Numbered from the stretch's first letter, positions 37,702 to 47,721 are shown. The stretch: DNA of 64,000 nt from Victivallales bacterium (GCA_045594005.1 JAZNXT010000138.1:9034-73033); one strand, 5' to 3'. The notes: generated by a model from the letters alone, not told the origin. Translations and numbers: made by a program.

Positions 37702-38991
37702 ATGTCAACCCAGATGACAGCCGCACAGAACGGCGAAATCACTCCGCAGATCCGTACAGTGGCGGAGTACGAAAACCGCAGCGTCGAATTTATCCGCGAA
37801 CGCGTTGCCGACGGCAGGATCGTGATCCCCGCCAATATCCACCACAAAAATCTGAATCCCGTCGGGATCGGCAGAGAACTCCTGACCAAGATCAATGCCA
37901 ATATCGGCAATTCCGCCAATTCCAGCTGTGCCGGAGCGGAAAAACAGAAACTCGCTCACGCCGTGAAATACGGAGCCGATACCGTGATGGATCTGAGTAC
38001 CGGCGGCGGGATCGATCTCATCCGCAAAGCGATCATTGAAGCAAGCCCCATTCCCGTCGGCACAGTTCCCATTTATCAGATCGTGGCAGAACACGGATCC
38101 GATGATTTTGACGGAAAATATATCCTTGAAGCCATTGAAAAACAGGCACAGCAGGGCGTGGACTATATGACCATTCACGCAGGCTTGCTCCAGCATCATG
38201 TGCCGATGGCAATGAAACGCACGCTGGGGATCGTGAGCCGCGGCGGGTCTCTCCTTGCCCGCTGGATGAAACAGCATAATGCCGAAAACCCGTTCTATAC
38301 CCATTTTGACGAAATCCTGGAGATCTGCCGCGAACACGATGTGACGCTCTCCCTCGGTGACGGGCTCCGTCCTGGATGTCTTGCCGATGCCTCCGATGAA
38401 GCACAGTTTGCCGAACTGGATACATTGGGGGAACTGGTCCGCCGCTGCCGTGCCGCCGGAGTGCAGGCAATGGTGGAAGGACCCGGTCATGTGCCGTACA
38501 ATGAAATCGAAATGAACATGAAACGGGAACGGGAAGTCTGCGGAGATGCTCCGTTCTATATTCTCGGTCCGGTGGTGATCGATTGCGCACCCGGATACGA
38601 TCATATCACAGCAGCTATCGGCGGGACTGCAGGCGCGTATCACGGTGCCGCCATGTTGTGCTATGTGACACCGATGGAACACCTCGGTCTGCCGGAAGCG
38701 GAAGATGTCCGCAACGGTGTGATCGCCTTCAAGATCGCAGCACATGCCGCCGATGTGGCATTGCAGAAACCCGGAGCCGATCGCCGCGATCATGCCATCT
38801 CCCTTGCCCGTGCCGCGTTCGATTGGGAAAAACAGTTTGATCTTGCATTGGATCCCGAACGGGCGCGGGAATTCCGGAAACGGGCGGAAGATGCCGCCGG
38901 AGTCAAAGTGCAGCACGGATCGGAATACTGCACCATGTGCGGACCGGATTTCTGTTCCATGCGGATCAGCCGCGATCTGAAAAAAGATTGA
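37702..38991 (+). CDS. thiC: phosphomethylpyrimidine synthase
   Basis: 429 aa with a GAAGGAG RBS. It has the conserved ThiC core ([20 protein letters not shown]) and the C-terminal [12 protein letters not shown] cluster motif. Confidence 0.97.
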   Translation: MSTQMTAAQNGEITPQIRTVAEYENRSVEFIRERVADGRIVIPANIHHKNLNPVGIGRELLTKINANIGNSANSSCAGAEKQKLAHAVKYGADTVMDLSTGGGIDLIRKAIIEASPIPVGTVPIYQIVAEHGSDDFDGKYILEAIEKQAQQGVDYMTIHAGLLQHHVPMAMKRTLGIVSRGGSLLARWMKQHNAENPFYTHFDEILEICREHDVTLSLGDGLRPGCLADASDEAQFAELDTLGELVRRCRAAGVQAMVEGPGHVPYNEIEMNMKREREVCGDAPFYILGPVVIDCAPGYDHITAAIGGTAGAYHGAAMLCYVTPMEHLGLPEAEDVRNGVIAFKIAAHAADVALQKPGADRRDHAISLARAAFDWEKQFDLALDPERAREFRKRAEDAAGVKVQHGSEYCTMCGPDFCSMRISRDLKKD

Positions 38992-39004
38992 TATTGTCCG
39001 GATG

Positions 39005-39040
39005 ACTTTCCCGTTGAGATCACAGCGGGAAAGTTTTTTT
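39005..39040 (+). terminator. rho-independent terminator after thiC
   Basis: ACTTTCCCG (39005-13) pairs with CGGGAAAGT (39026-34), followed by a T7 run. Confidence 0.85.
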
Positions 39041-39082
39041 GAAAGTTCACTTATTTTTCTGCGGTAAAAAATTTTTTCCTGC

Positions 39083-39110
39083 TTGACACTGCATGATCTT
39101 TGATTATATT
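39083..39110 (+). promoter_or_regulatory. sigma70-like promoter of the APE-like locus
   Basis: TTGACA (39083-88), a 16-nt spacer, then TATATT (39105-10). It lies between the thiC terminator and the first KS gene. Confidence 0.5.
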
Positions 39111-39184
39111 ATAATAATTGCGGCAACAAGGTGTTTTTTTACCGCAATGAAAGAAGAAGAACAACAAATAACAACGGATCAGGC

Positions 39185-40414
39185 ATGACAAATACACGCA
39201 GAGCAGTCGTTACCGGTATCGGGGTGATCAGCCCTTCAGGCAATTCTGCCATCGAGCTTTATGATTCCCTGAAAAACGGCCGTTCCGGCGTCCGCGGGAT
39301 GACGGAATGGAAAGACTATTTCGGCAAGGTCATTGCCAATGCACCCGTCACACTGGACCCGGCACGGATCAAACAGATCAACCGGAAAGTCCGCCGGACG
39401 ATGGGTAATGCCGCGTTGTTTTCCGGTCTGGCGGCACAGGAAGCTGTCCTTCAGAGCGGGATCGATCCGGCGGAATTCACCAATGGCAGGACAGCTGTGG
39501 TGATCGGCTCCACCGTGGGGAGTGCATCCAGTATGGCGGAAGCGTGCATTGCGGAGAATGAAGGCAGGAGAGATGATCTTTCCAGCTGTCATTTTTTCCG
39601 TATGATGAGCCATTCCTCCAGTTTCAATGTGGCGGATCTTTTCGGGATCAACGGGATCCAGCTTTCCCCCTGTGCCGCATGTGCTTCCGGGCTTCAGGCA
39701 CTGGGGACCGCGCAGGAACTGATCCGGCTGGGAAAAGCGGATGTGGTTCTGGCCGGCGGTTCGGATGAATCCACCAGTCTTGTGGCATCCTCCTTCCAGC
39801 TGCTCTACGCGCTGGCGGAAGAAGAAACTGCCGAACCCGATAAACTGCCCCGTCCCTTTGACGCAAACCGCACCGGGCTTGTCTGCGCGGAAGGCGCGGG
39901 GATCCTGGTGGTGGAAGAATATGAACACGCGAAAAATCGGGGAGCGGAGATCCTTTTTGAGATCGCCGGTTATGCCACAAACTGTTCCGGATGGCATGTG
40001 AGCCATTCCGATGAAATGCAGATCGCCAACTGTATGCGTACAGCCATGCAGGATGCGGGGATCAATGCGGATGAGATCGACTATGTGAGTGCCCATGCCA
40101 CCGGCACGAAAGTGGGTGATCAGGCGGAAGCGGCGGCGATCCGGCAGGTCCTCGGGGACAAGGTGCCGGTATCCAGTCTGAAGGGTCATATCGGGCATAC
40201 GCTGGGGGCGTCCGGTGCATTGGAGCTGGCGGCAGTCCACGGGATGATGAAAGACGGGATCGTGCTGCCTACGCGGAATCTGGAAACGGTCACGGACTGT
40301 GCAGGGATCTGTCTGCCGCAGAACATTATGGAACACCGGGTCCGCACCTTTGTGAAAAACAGCATTGCCTTCGGCGGAGTGAACACCAGTATGGTTTGCA
40401 GGGTCATTGATTAA
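39185..40414 (+). CDS. beta-ketoacyl-ACP synthase (Cys-His-His; ApeR/ApeO-like)
   Basis: Trimmed from a GTG-extended ORF to ATG 39185, giving MTNTRRAVVTGIGVISPSG. Active-site contexts are CAACASG, SAHATGTKVGD and IGHTLGASG. Confidence 0.92.
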   Translation: MTNTRRAVVTGIGVISPSGNSAIELYDSLKNGRSGVRGMTEWKDYFGKVIANAPVTLDPARIKQINRKVRRTMGNAALFSGLAAQEAVLQSGIDPAEFTNGRTAVVIGSTVGSASSMAEACIAENEGRRDDLSSCHFFRMMSHSSSFNVADLFGINGIQLSPCAACASGLQALGTAQELIRLGKADVVLAGGSDESTSLVASSFQLLYALAEEETAEPDKLPRPFDANRTGLVCAEGAGILVVEEYEHAKNRGAEILFEIAGYATNCSGWHVSHSDEMQIANCMRTAMQDAGINADEIDYVSAHATGTKVGDQAEAAAIRQVLGDKVPVSSLKGHIGHTLGASGALELAAVHGMMKDGIVLPTRNLETVTDCAGICLPQNIMEHRVRTFVKNSIAFGGVNTSMVCRVID

Positions 40415-40451
40415 ACATACAAAAAACAAAACGAACGGAGAGAAAAAGAAG

Positions 40452-40730
40452 ATGAACAGAGATGAGATCGTTCAGGCAGTCAATTCCATTTTTATTGACC
40501 GTTTTGAATTTGATGAAGCGGAATTGACGCCCGAAAAGAAGATCTTTGACGATCTGGAACTGGACAGTCTGGATATTGTGGATATGATCGTGGGACTTCA
40601 GCAGAAATTCGGAGTGAATCTGCGTGAAAACAAAGATATCCGGGAAGCAAAAACACTGGATGATGTGTATAACATTTTTGAAAAACTGATCGCGGAACAT
40701 CCGGAGATCGCCGATAAGATCCGCAGTTGA
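40452..40730 (+). CDS. acyl carrier protein
   Basis: Trimmed to ATG 40452 (GGAGAG RBS). 92 aa with the phosphopantetheine-attachment context LELDSLDIVDMIVGLQQKFG. Confidence 0.9.
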   Translation: MNRDEIVQAVNSIFIDRFEFDEAELTPEKKIFDDLELDSLDIVDMIVGLQQKFGVNLRENKDIREAKTLDDVYNIFEKLIAEHPEIADKIRS

Positions 40731-40735
40731 GAGAT

Positions 40736-41491
40736 ATGACCTTCCTGCGCAGTTTCGCCATTTATTTTTCCACCGTGTTCTGGGCGGTCCTCTATTGGGG
40801 GATCGTGCTTGTGCCGCTGCTGCTTTCCCTGTTTCTGCCGGTGAGGATCCGTCAGAAATTTGTACGGATCCTGCTGCTGTGGTTCGGTCTTCTTACCATC
40901 CATGGGGCATGGCGGCCGTTTTTCCGGGTGAGTTTCAAAGATCTTTCCGGCAGTCCGCTGACACCGGGTGTGGTGGCGGTCAATCACCGGGCGGCGACAG
41001 ATGCGTTTCTGGTGGCGATGCTGCACAGCAGTTGTGCGCAGACCGTGAACGGCTGGCCGATGCGGACTCCCATTATCGGGACGGTGGCATATCTGGCGGG
41101 ATATTTGAATATCACCAACTGGAGTTTTGAAAAATTGCGTTCACGCGCGGAAACCGTTATAAAGTCAGGGGATGTGATCGTATCATTTCCGGAAGGGACG
41201 CGCTCGGAATCGAAAGAAATGAACCCGTTTCACAGCGGGATCTTTCAACTGGCTCTGGAATTGAATCTGCCGGTCCATATTTTGTGTATCGCGGGGAATG
41301 AGTTTATGCCGGACCGGAAATTCCGTTTCCGCTGTTTCAGGAAGGTGCTGACCCGCAGGATCGTATCCCTTTCCGCAGAAGAAGTACAGAATTGCGGCAC
41401 GGCATTTGCCTTGAAAAAAACGGTATTCCGGATGATGAAAGAAGAACTTGCACGGATGGATGAGGAGTTGGAAAATGAAAACAGAATTTGA
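40736..41491 (+). CDS. lysophospholipid acyltransferase (PlsC/LPLAT family)
   Basis: It has NHRAATD (the HX4D motif) and FPEGTRS, with N-terminal membrane spans. It overlaps the next gene by 17 nt. Confidence 0.85.
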   Translation: MTFLRSFAIYFSTVFWAVLYWGIVLVPLLLSLFLPVRIRQKFVRILLLWFGLLTIHGAWRPFFRVSFKDLSGSPLTPGVVAVNHRAATDAFLVAMLHSSCAQTVNGWPMRTPIIGTVAYLAGYLNITNWSFEKLRSRAETVIKSGDVIVSFPEGTRSESKEMNPFHSGIFQLALELNLPVHILCIAGNEFMPDRKFRFRCFRKVLTRRIVSLSAEEVQNCGTAFALKKTVFRMMKEELARMDEELENENRI

Positions 41492-42767
41492 ACTCAAAGA
41501 TGACATTTCGTTTCTGCCGGAGGCGGAATTGCGCGCGGCACAGGATAAATTGCTTTCCGAACAGATCCGTTACTGCCGCGAAAACTCCCCGTTCTACCGC
41601 AAAAAACTGGCAGATCTGCCCGGGGATATGGTGGTGGATTTTGACTCATTGCAGCAGTTGCCCACCACAAGTAAAAGCGATCTTGCGGAACACAATGAAG
41701 AATTTTTCGCGCTCCCCATGGAGCAGATCTCCGATATCTGTTTTACCAGCGGCACCACCGGCAATCCCTGCCGGATCGTGTATTCCGCCGGAGATTTGGA
41801 CCGGTTGGGATACAACGATGCCGTGGGATTCGTTTCCGCCGGGATGACAGCCAGTGATAAAGTTCTGCTCACCTGCACCATCGACCGCTGTTTCATTGCG
41901 GGGCTTGCCTATTACAACGGTGCGGTCAAGACCGGAGCCGCCGCCATCCGGAACGGTTTGAACTCTGTGGAAAGCCACGCCTCCATCATTGCATCGGTCC
42001 AGCCGGAAGCGATCGTGGGTGTTCCCAGCTTCATTGCAAAACTGGGGCAATATCTTTCTGACAACGGGATCGATACCTCCTGCGTGAAACGGATCATCTG
42101 TATCGGCGAACCCATCCGCACGAAAACGATGCAGCTGACTCCCCTCGGACAGAAACTGGAAGAATTCTGGCCCGGCGCAGTCCATTCCACTTATGCCTCC
42201 AGCGAGATCGTGACCAGTTTCACGGAATGTTCCGCACGGTGCGGCGGGCATCCCCCTGCCGATCTTGCCATTGTGGAAATTCTGGATGATGACGGCAACC
42301 GCGTCCCCGATGGTGAATGTGGCGAAGTGACAGTGACACCGCTTCAGGTGGCAGGGATGCCGCTGGTGCGGTTCCGGACCGGGGACATCAGTTTTCTGAT
42401 CCCGGAAAAATGTTCCTGCGGCAGAAACACCAAACGGCTCGGTCCCATTCTCGGACGGAAAGCACAAATGCTGAAAGTCCACGGGACAACACTTTTCCCC
42501 AATGCCTTTTTCCATATTCTTGACGGGATCGACGGTGTGACGGAATACTACATGGAAGTCAGCGGCTGCGCACTTTCCGATGAGATCAAAATTTTTGTGG
42601 CGTGCCGCAACGGGGAAACGCCGGAATCATTGAACATCTCCGAAAAACTTTACAGCAGGACCCGGATCCATGTACCGGTCTGTGCGGTGAGTGCGGAAGA
42701 AGCGCGGAAAAAAGTTTTCGGTGTTTCCCGGAAACCGGTCCGGTTCTTCGACCTGCGGAAATTTTGA
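41475..42767 (+). CDS. adenylate-forming enzyme, PaaK / coenzyme F390 synthetase-like (ApeH-like starter ligase)
   Basis: Trimmed to ATG 41475 (GAGGAG RBS). It carries TSGTTGNPCRIVYS, the (S/T)SGTTG.P motif of the PaaK-like clade. 430 aa. Confidence 0.85.
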   Translation: MKTEFELKDDISFLPEAELRAAQDKLLSEQIRYCRENSPFYRKKLADLPGDMVVDFDSLQQLPTTSKSDLAEHNEEFFALPMEQISDICFTSGTTGNPCRIVYSAGDLDRLGYNDAVGFVSAGMTASDKVLLTCTIDRCFIAGLAYYNGAVKTGAAAIRNGLNSVESHASIIASVQPEAIVGVPSFIAKLGQYLSDNGIDTSCVKRIICIGEPIRTKTMQLTPLGQKLEEFWPGAVHSTYASSEIVTSFTECSARCGGHPPADLAIVEILDDDGNRVPDGECGEVTVTPLQVAGMPLVRFRTGDISFLIPEKCSCGRNTKRLGPILGRKAQMLKVHGTTLFPNAFFHILDGIDGVTEYYMEVSGCALSDEIKIFVACRNGETPESLNISEKLYSRTRIHVPVCAVSAEEARKKVFGVSRKPVRFFDLRKF

Positions 42768-42779
42768 GGTGCGGCGGAT

Positions 42780-44228
42780 ATGATCATACCTTTTGACAAA
42801 AGCAAATACGATTATTCTACGGAAGAAATTCTGGAAAACATCACCGGAAGCCGTCTGCTTTCGGCAGAGATCGAATTCAACCGGAGCTGCAATTATCTCT
42901 GTCCCTACTGCTATGCTGCGGGGAACAGCGATCACGCGCAGCTTGATCCGGCAGTGGCGACCGATGCCATCCGGCAGGTCCACGCGCTGGGAGCCAGAAA
43001 GATCGTGGTACTGGGTGGAGAACCGCTCCTCTGCAAACAGTTGAAAGCCAATATTGAACTCATCACCGGCGAACTGGGTATGGGTGCGGAGATCTTCACC
43101 AACGGTGCTTTGATCAATGAAGACTGGGCAAAATTTTTCTTTGAACACGGCTGCCGCGTGGTGGTCAAACTCAATTCGCTCCGTCCGGAAGTACAGGAAC
43201 GCCTGACAGGTGTTCCCAATGCGCTGGACAAGGCATTTCACGCCATTCGCGTTTTGAAAGATGCCGGATTCGATTCGGAGATGCTGGTGGCAAGTTCTGT
43301 GATCTCTGCCGAAAATGAACAGGAAGTGGCAGAACTCTGGAAATATTTGCGGCGCAACGGCATCAAGCCCTATCTGGAGATCATGACTCCTCAGGGAAGA
43401 TTGCTGGAAAACCGGGATCTGGAAGTGCATCCCCGCAGATTGAAGGAGATCTTTGATGAGATCGCCGCATTCGACAATGCCAACGGTTACGACTGGGAAC
43501 CCCAGCCGCCGCTGGTCGGCTCAAAATGCCTGCGTCATCTGTATTCCTGCGTGATCGGAGCCACCGGAAATGTTACCCCGTGTGTGGGTCTGACGGAAGT
43601 ATTGGGCAATATTTACGAACGGAAACTTTCCGATATTCTCAGCACCAGTGTGGTATTACGGAAACTCAAAGATTTCCGCAACACCATCAAAGGTCCCTGC
43701 AAGACCTGTGAAAAAGCGGACAGCTGCTACGGCTGCCGCGGCGCGGTCTATCAGCTGACCGGGGATTATCTTGCCTCCGATCCGCTCTGCTGGAAGAATT
43801 GCGATACCCTTCTGGATCAGCCCTATCCCCTGCCCTGCGACGCACAGCAATGGCTGCCGCACCGTCCGCCTATGACTATGGTGGATGAACTGATTGAGTT
43901 CGGGGAATGGACAAAAGTCACGGCACGGATCAAGCCTGACAACCGTTTTCTGCGCGATGGCGTGCTTGACAACGAAGCTCTGCCGGAGATCGTGGCACAA
44001 GCCTGTGCTGTCATGACCGGTTTTGAACGGAACGATCACGATCTGGGTGGATTCCTTACCGGCTTGCGGTCCATCCGTTTTCTCCATCCTGTCCGCAGCG
44101 GTGATCTTCTGATCCTCCAGCTCCACGAATCCGGTCATGTGGATAACTATCATACTCTTGATTTCAAAGCAGTTCTGGAAGATGGGACCCTTTGTGCGGA
44201 AGGAGAACTTTCAATATGCGAAATCTGA
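42780..44228 (+). CDS. radical SAM / SPASM-like enzyme fused to C-terminal ApeI/FabA-like hotdog domain
   Basis: Single 482-aa ORF. The rSAM motif is C37-x3-C41-x2-C44 (CNYLCPYC). A Cys-rich block spans C250 to C337 (CLRHLYSC..TPCVG..GPCKTCEKADSCYGCRG..DPLCW). Residues 359-482 start with LPHRPPMTMVDEL, the hotdog entry motif. Confidence 0.85.
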   Translation: MIIPFDKSKYDYSTEEILENITGSRLLSAEIEFNRSCNYLCPYCYAAGNSDHAQLDPAVATDAIRQVHALGARKIVVLGGEPLLCKQLKANIELITGELGMGAEIFTNGALINEDWAKFFFEHGCRVVVKLNSLRPEVQERLTGVPNALDKAFHAIRVLKDAGFDSEMLVASSVISAENEQEVAELWKYLRRNGIKPYLEIMTPQGRLLENRDLEVHPRRLKEIFDEIAAFDNANGYDWEPQPPLVGSKCLRHLYSCVIGATGNVTPCVGLTEVLGNIYERKLSDILSTSVVLRKLKDFRNTIKGPCKTCEKADSCYGCRGAVYQLTGDYLASDPLCWKNCDTLLDQPYPLPCDAQQWLPHRPPMTMVDELIEFGEWTKVTARIKPDNRFLRDGVLDNEALPEIVAQACAVMTGFERNDHDLGGFLTGLRSIRFLHPVRSGDLLILQLHESGHVDNYHTLDFKAVLEDGTLCAEGELSICEI

Positions 44229-44791
44229 TTTTTTTTCTGATTTTTCTTTTTTCTGCGGGGATCGCGGCAGGTGAAATGCCCGCAGTGGTTCAGGCGGATT
44301 TTATTCAGACGCGTTTTCTGAAAGATCTGGAAATGGAGATCAGGATCACCGGAAGCATGGTTTATGAACGGAACGGCAGGATCCGCTGGGAGGTCAAAGA
44401 TCCGGTCAAAAGTATCACGGTCATCGGGAAAGATTTTTTGCGGCATTACGATGGGGATACCGGAAAAGTTGCTGAACTCAAAGGCAAGGATGCCTCCTGG
44501 GTGAAACTGCTCCATTCCAGTTTTTCCGACTGGCTTTCCGGCGATATGAAAAAACTGGCGGAGAATCAGGATTGCACCGTGGAAAAGATCTCGGAGCAGG
44601 AATTCCGTTTTACTGCCCGGGAAAAGGATAAGGGCTTATTCAAAACGCTTTTCATCACATTCAATAAGGGGAAAAACGGGATCAGCAGGATCCTGCTGGA
44701 AGAACATTCCGGCGATACGATGAAAATTGAGTTCCGCGCCGTCAAACACGATCCGGTACTGCCGGATTCCATTTGGAAAATTACAGAATGA
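44216..44791 (+). CDS. LolA-like outer-membrane lipoprotein carrier family protein (ApeL-like)
   Basis: Trimmed to ATG 44216 (GGAAGGAG RBS). It has the signal peptide MRNLIFFLIFLFSAGIAAG, then FIQTRFLKDLEMEIRITGSMVYERNGRIRWEV, typical of LolA-fold proteins. Confidence 0.8.
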   Translation: MRNLIFFLIFLFSAGIAAGEMPAVVQADFIQTRFLKDLEMEIRITGSMVYERNGRIRWEVKDPVKSITVIGKDFLRHYDGDTGKVAELKGKDASWVKLLHSSFSDWLSGDMKKLAENQDCTVEKISEQEFRFTAREKDKGLFKTLFITFNKGKNGISRILLEEHSGDTMKIEFRAVKHDPVLPDSIWKITE

Positions 44792-47721
44792 ATGAGCGGA
44801 TCGAACAATGGATCATCTGGATCGGGAAGCACCGCAAATGGTGTTTTTCCGCCCTGATCCTTGCGGCGATCCTTTCCGGAGCGGCACTTTATTTCAAGGG
44901 AGCGTTCACCAATGATGTGCGTCATCTTTTTCCGGAAAATGCGGAATCGGGCAGGACCTTCAAACTGCTTTCGGAAAGTCATCTTGCGGATCTGATCCAG
45001 CTGGAATTCATCTGTACGGATGAAACACAAACAGTGCAGGATCACGAAAGATGGCTGGATGAAGTCTATCGGAAAATGCAGCAGTCGGACAGGATCCGGA
45101 ATGTGGTATTCCGTTACCGTGCCGACGATCCCGTGGCGCAGATGGGGGATTTTGCGGATACGCTCCCCCGGTATCACACTCCCGACATTCTGAAAAGCTG
45201 TGATCCGGAGGAGGCTGCCGCCAATGCGTTGAAACGCCTTGCCATGCCGGGAAGTGCCAAAGCATTGCGCAGTCAGCCCTTCCCGCAGGTCTCCGGGAAA
45301 GTGATGAAAGAGCTTCAGTTACTGGACCGTTATTCCGGCATGGATCTTGCGCCGGAAGTGCCGTATTTTGCCTCAAACGATCTGAAACGGGCGATGATCG
45401 TTTTTGAATCGGATATTGCCGTGGGGGATGCCGATGCCGTCCGTGCGCTTTATGCGGAATTGGATACGCTCCTTTCTCCCCTGCCGGACGGCTTGCGGTT
45501 CCGGATCGTTTCCGGTGCGAATCACACATTGGGCAATGAGGAGGTTCTGAAACGGGATGCAGCCATCGCAGGTACGCTTTCGACCGTACTTTTTCTGCTG
45601 TTGTTTCTGATTTTTTACCGTCGTGATCCCGGTGCGCTGTGGATCCCGGTGATCCCTGCATTTGCATCACTGCTGGCATTGGGTGTAATGACACTGTTTT
45701 TCAATGAGATCTGTATGTATGTGATCGGGCTCGGCAGCTGCATCACGGGGCTTGCCATTGATCAGGGGATCCATATTTATTCTGCGTGCAGAGGATGCGA
45801 TGCGAAAAAAAAAGCGGCGGCACTGGCGAACCCCATGATCCTTTCCACGGCAACTACGGTGATCGTATTTATATTTCTGGCTTTTACAGGGATCCATGCC
45901 TATCATCAGCTGGCATTGTTTGCGGGTCTTTCGCTGGTATTGAGCTGTATCTTTGCCCTGTTCGTGCTGCCGTCACTGCTGAATACGGAAAAAGTCAGCG
46001 ACCCGCGCGATCCGCCGGAGTGGAATTTGAAGTTTGCCCGTACAGGAACGCTTGTTTTGCTCGTTGGCGGCGTGGCGGCATTGCCGTTCCTGTCTGTCAA
46101 TTTTGATTTGAAATCATTGGACGGGACACCTGCATCTGTTTTGGCGGAAGAGGAAGACTTCAACGCGGTCTGGCGGGAGGGAAGCATGAAGACGGCACTG
46201 CTTGCGGCATCCACGGATTCGCCGGATAAATCACTGGAAAGACTTCTTGCCGTAAAAGAAAAAGTGCGCAATATCGGGATCGCCCTGCCGCCGGAACCTT
46301 CCGCAGAGCGTCAGGAACAGAACCGGAAATCATGGCGGACAGCAGAAACAGCGGAACACATTGCAAAGTTGAAAAAAGCGACAGCGGATGCCTGTGTGAA
46401 GAAAGGACTTCCCGCAAAATTTTTCGATCCCTTTTTCGAGCGGCTGGATCGTGCCATCCGATCTGATGATCTGACCACGCCGGAACTTCTCCGGAGCGTA
46501 ATGAACAAAATGGGGAAAGACAACGGCAAGACCGTTGCCGCCATTGCCATGTTTGAGGAAACACCGGACAATGTGCGTGCGGTGCGTCATGCGATCCGCG
46601 ATCTTGAACTGGATAACGAAGCGGCGGTGATCTCCGGGACAGCTTTCAGGCAGATGATCAGTTATGATCTCTCCCTGCGTTTTCTGCTGCTGATGCCGCT
46701 GTGCATCATCGGAGCGATCGCATTGGCGGTATGGATGCTGCGGAAGATTTCCCATGTGCTGCTTGCGTTGATTCCGGTCGTTTCCGCGTTCTGCGGGCTG
46801 TTCATCGCGGGAGCATTGACAAATTATGAGATCACGCCTGCCGCCGGATTTGCCCTGATCATTCTTACCGGAATCGCCATCGACTACGGTGTTTATGCGG
46901 TCCATCTGGTTCAGAATCCGGAAAAACGCTCCATCCGCAGTTCCGTTCTGCTTTCGGCTCTGACCACCATTTTCGGAGCGGGCGCACTCATTTTTTCCCG
47001 GCATCCCGCTCTTTTCGGGACGGGTGTGGTGCTTTCGCTGGGGATCACCATTGCCTGTTTCGGCGGATTGTATCTGGTGCCGGCACTGGCAAAAAAAATC
47101 AAAGTTTCCGTACTGCTCGGCTGTATGATCCCATTATTTTTCTGTGCGTGTACGGCAACGGGGGGGACACCATTGGCGGATCATCCCCGGAAAATACAGT
47201 TGGAAAAAGCTGCGGATCTTCTTCCCGGCGGAGAAGGGATCGTTCATTTGCAGGCAAAAGCACTCTGCCGTTTCCGGGATATGGAACACGCTATGATCCT
47301 GGCGGGAAAGATCGATCCCGTACAGAAAAAAATCGAGTTGGCAGGGATCAGCAGCGCAGGGACTCTGATTTTCAAAACGGACGGAAAAGATTGTGTGCCG
47401 GGACCGGGCATCCCCGACAACGCAAAACAGATCTTCCGTCAGATCCCGGAAGACACGGCAAACATTTTTCTTTTTAATACAGATCAAGCCCTTGCAGAAA
47501 ATACTGCAGACGGATATATTACTCTGAAAGCACAGGACGGGACCGGGAGTCTGTTTCAGCAGCAGCCCGACGGCGCGCTGCGTCTGACGGAACGGTGGAA
47601 CACACGCCATTGGCATTGTCATTACGATGCCGATGGAAAAACGATCCGTTACCGCCGGTATGGTATTTTGCGCGGCTATGAACTGGAATTGACATTGACC
47701 AAGATCTGCAGAAGGAAATAA
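44788..47721 (+). CDS. MMPL/RND-like predicted exporter (ApeM-like) with about 200-aa C-terminal extension
   Basis: ATG 44788 forms an ATGA overlap with the LolA-like stop. It has two blocks of multiple hydrophobic spans separated by soluble regions, as in MMPL exporters. After an A8 tract (47091-47098) comes a lipoprotein-signal-like KKIKVSVLLGC segment and then a soluble domain. Confidence 0.85.
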   Translation: MNERIEQWIIWIGKHRKWCFSALILAAILSGAALYFKGAFTNDVRHLFPENAESGRTFKLLSESHLADLIQLEFICTDETQTVQDHERWLDEVYRKMQQSDRIRNVVFRYRADDPVAQMGDFADTLPRYHTPDILKSCDPEEAAANALKRLAMPGSAKALRSQPFPQVSGKVMKELQLLDRYSGMDLAPEVPYFASNDLKRAMIVFESDIAVGDADAVRALYAELDTLLSPLPDGLRFRIVSGANHTLGNEEVLKRDAAIAGTLSTVLFLLLFLIFYRRDPGALWIPVIPAFASLLALGVMTLFFNEICMYVIGLGSCITGLAIDQGIHIYSACRGCDAKKKAAALANPMILSTATTVIVFIFLAFTGIHAYHQLALFAGLSLVLSCIFALFVLPSLLNTEKVSDPRDPPEWNLKFARTGTLVLLVGGVAALPFLSVNFDLKSLDGTPASVLAEEEDFNAVWREGSMKTALLAASTDSPDKSLERLLAVKEKVRNIGIALPPEPSAERQEQNRKSWRTAETAEHIAKLKKATADACVKKGLPAKFFDPFFERLDRAIRSDDLTTPELLRSVMNKMGKDNGKTVAAIAMFEETPDNVRAVRHAIRDLELDNEAAVISGTAFRQMISYDLSLRFLLLMPLCIIGAIALAVWMLRKISHVLLALIPVVSAFCGLFIAGALTNYEITPAAGFALIILTGIAIDYGVYAVHLVQNPEKRSIRSSVLLSALTTIFGAGALIFSRHPALFGTGVVLSLGITIACFGGLYLVPALAKKIKVSVLLGCMIPLFFCACTATGGTPLADHPRKIQLEKAADLLPGGEGIVHLQAKALCRFRDMEHAMILAGKIDPVQKKIELAGISSAGTLIFKTDGKDCVPGPGIPDNAKQIFRQIPEDTANIFLFNTDQALAENTADGYITLKAQDGTGSLFQQQPDGALRLTERWNTRHWHCHYDADGKTIRYRRYGILRGYELELTLTKICRRK

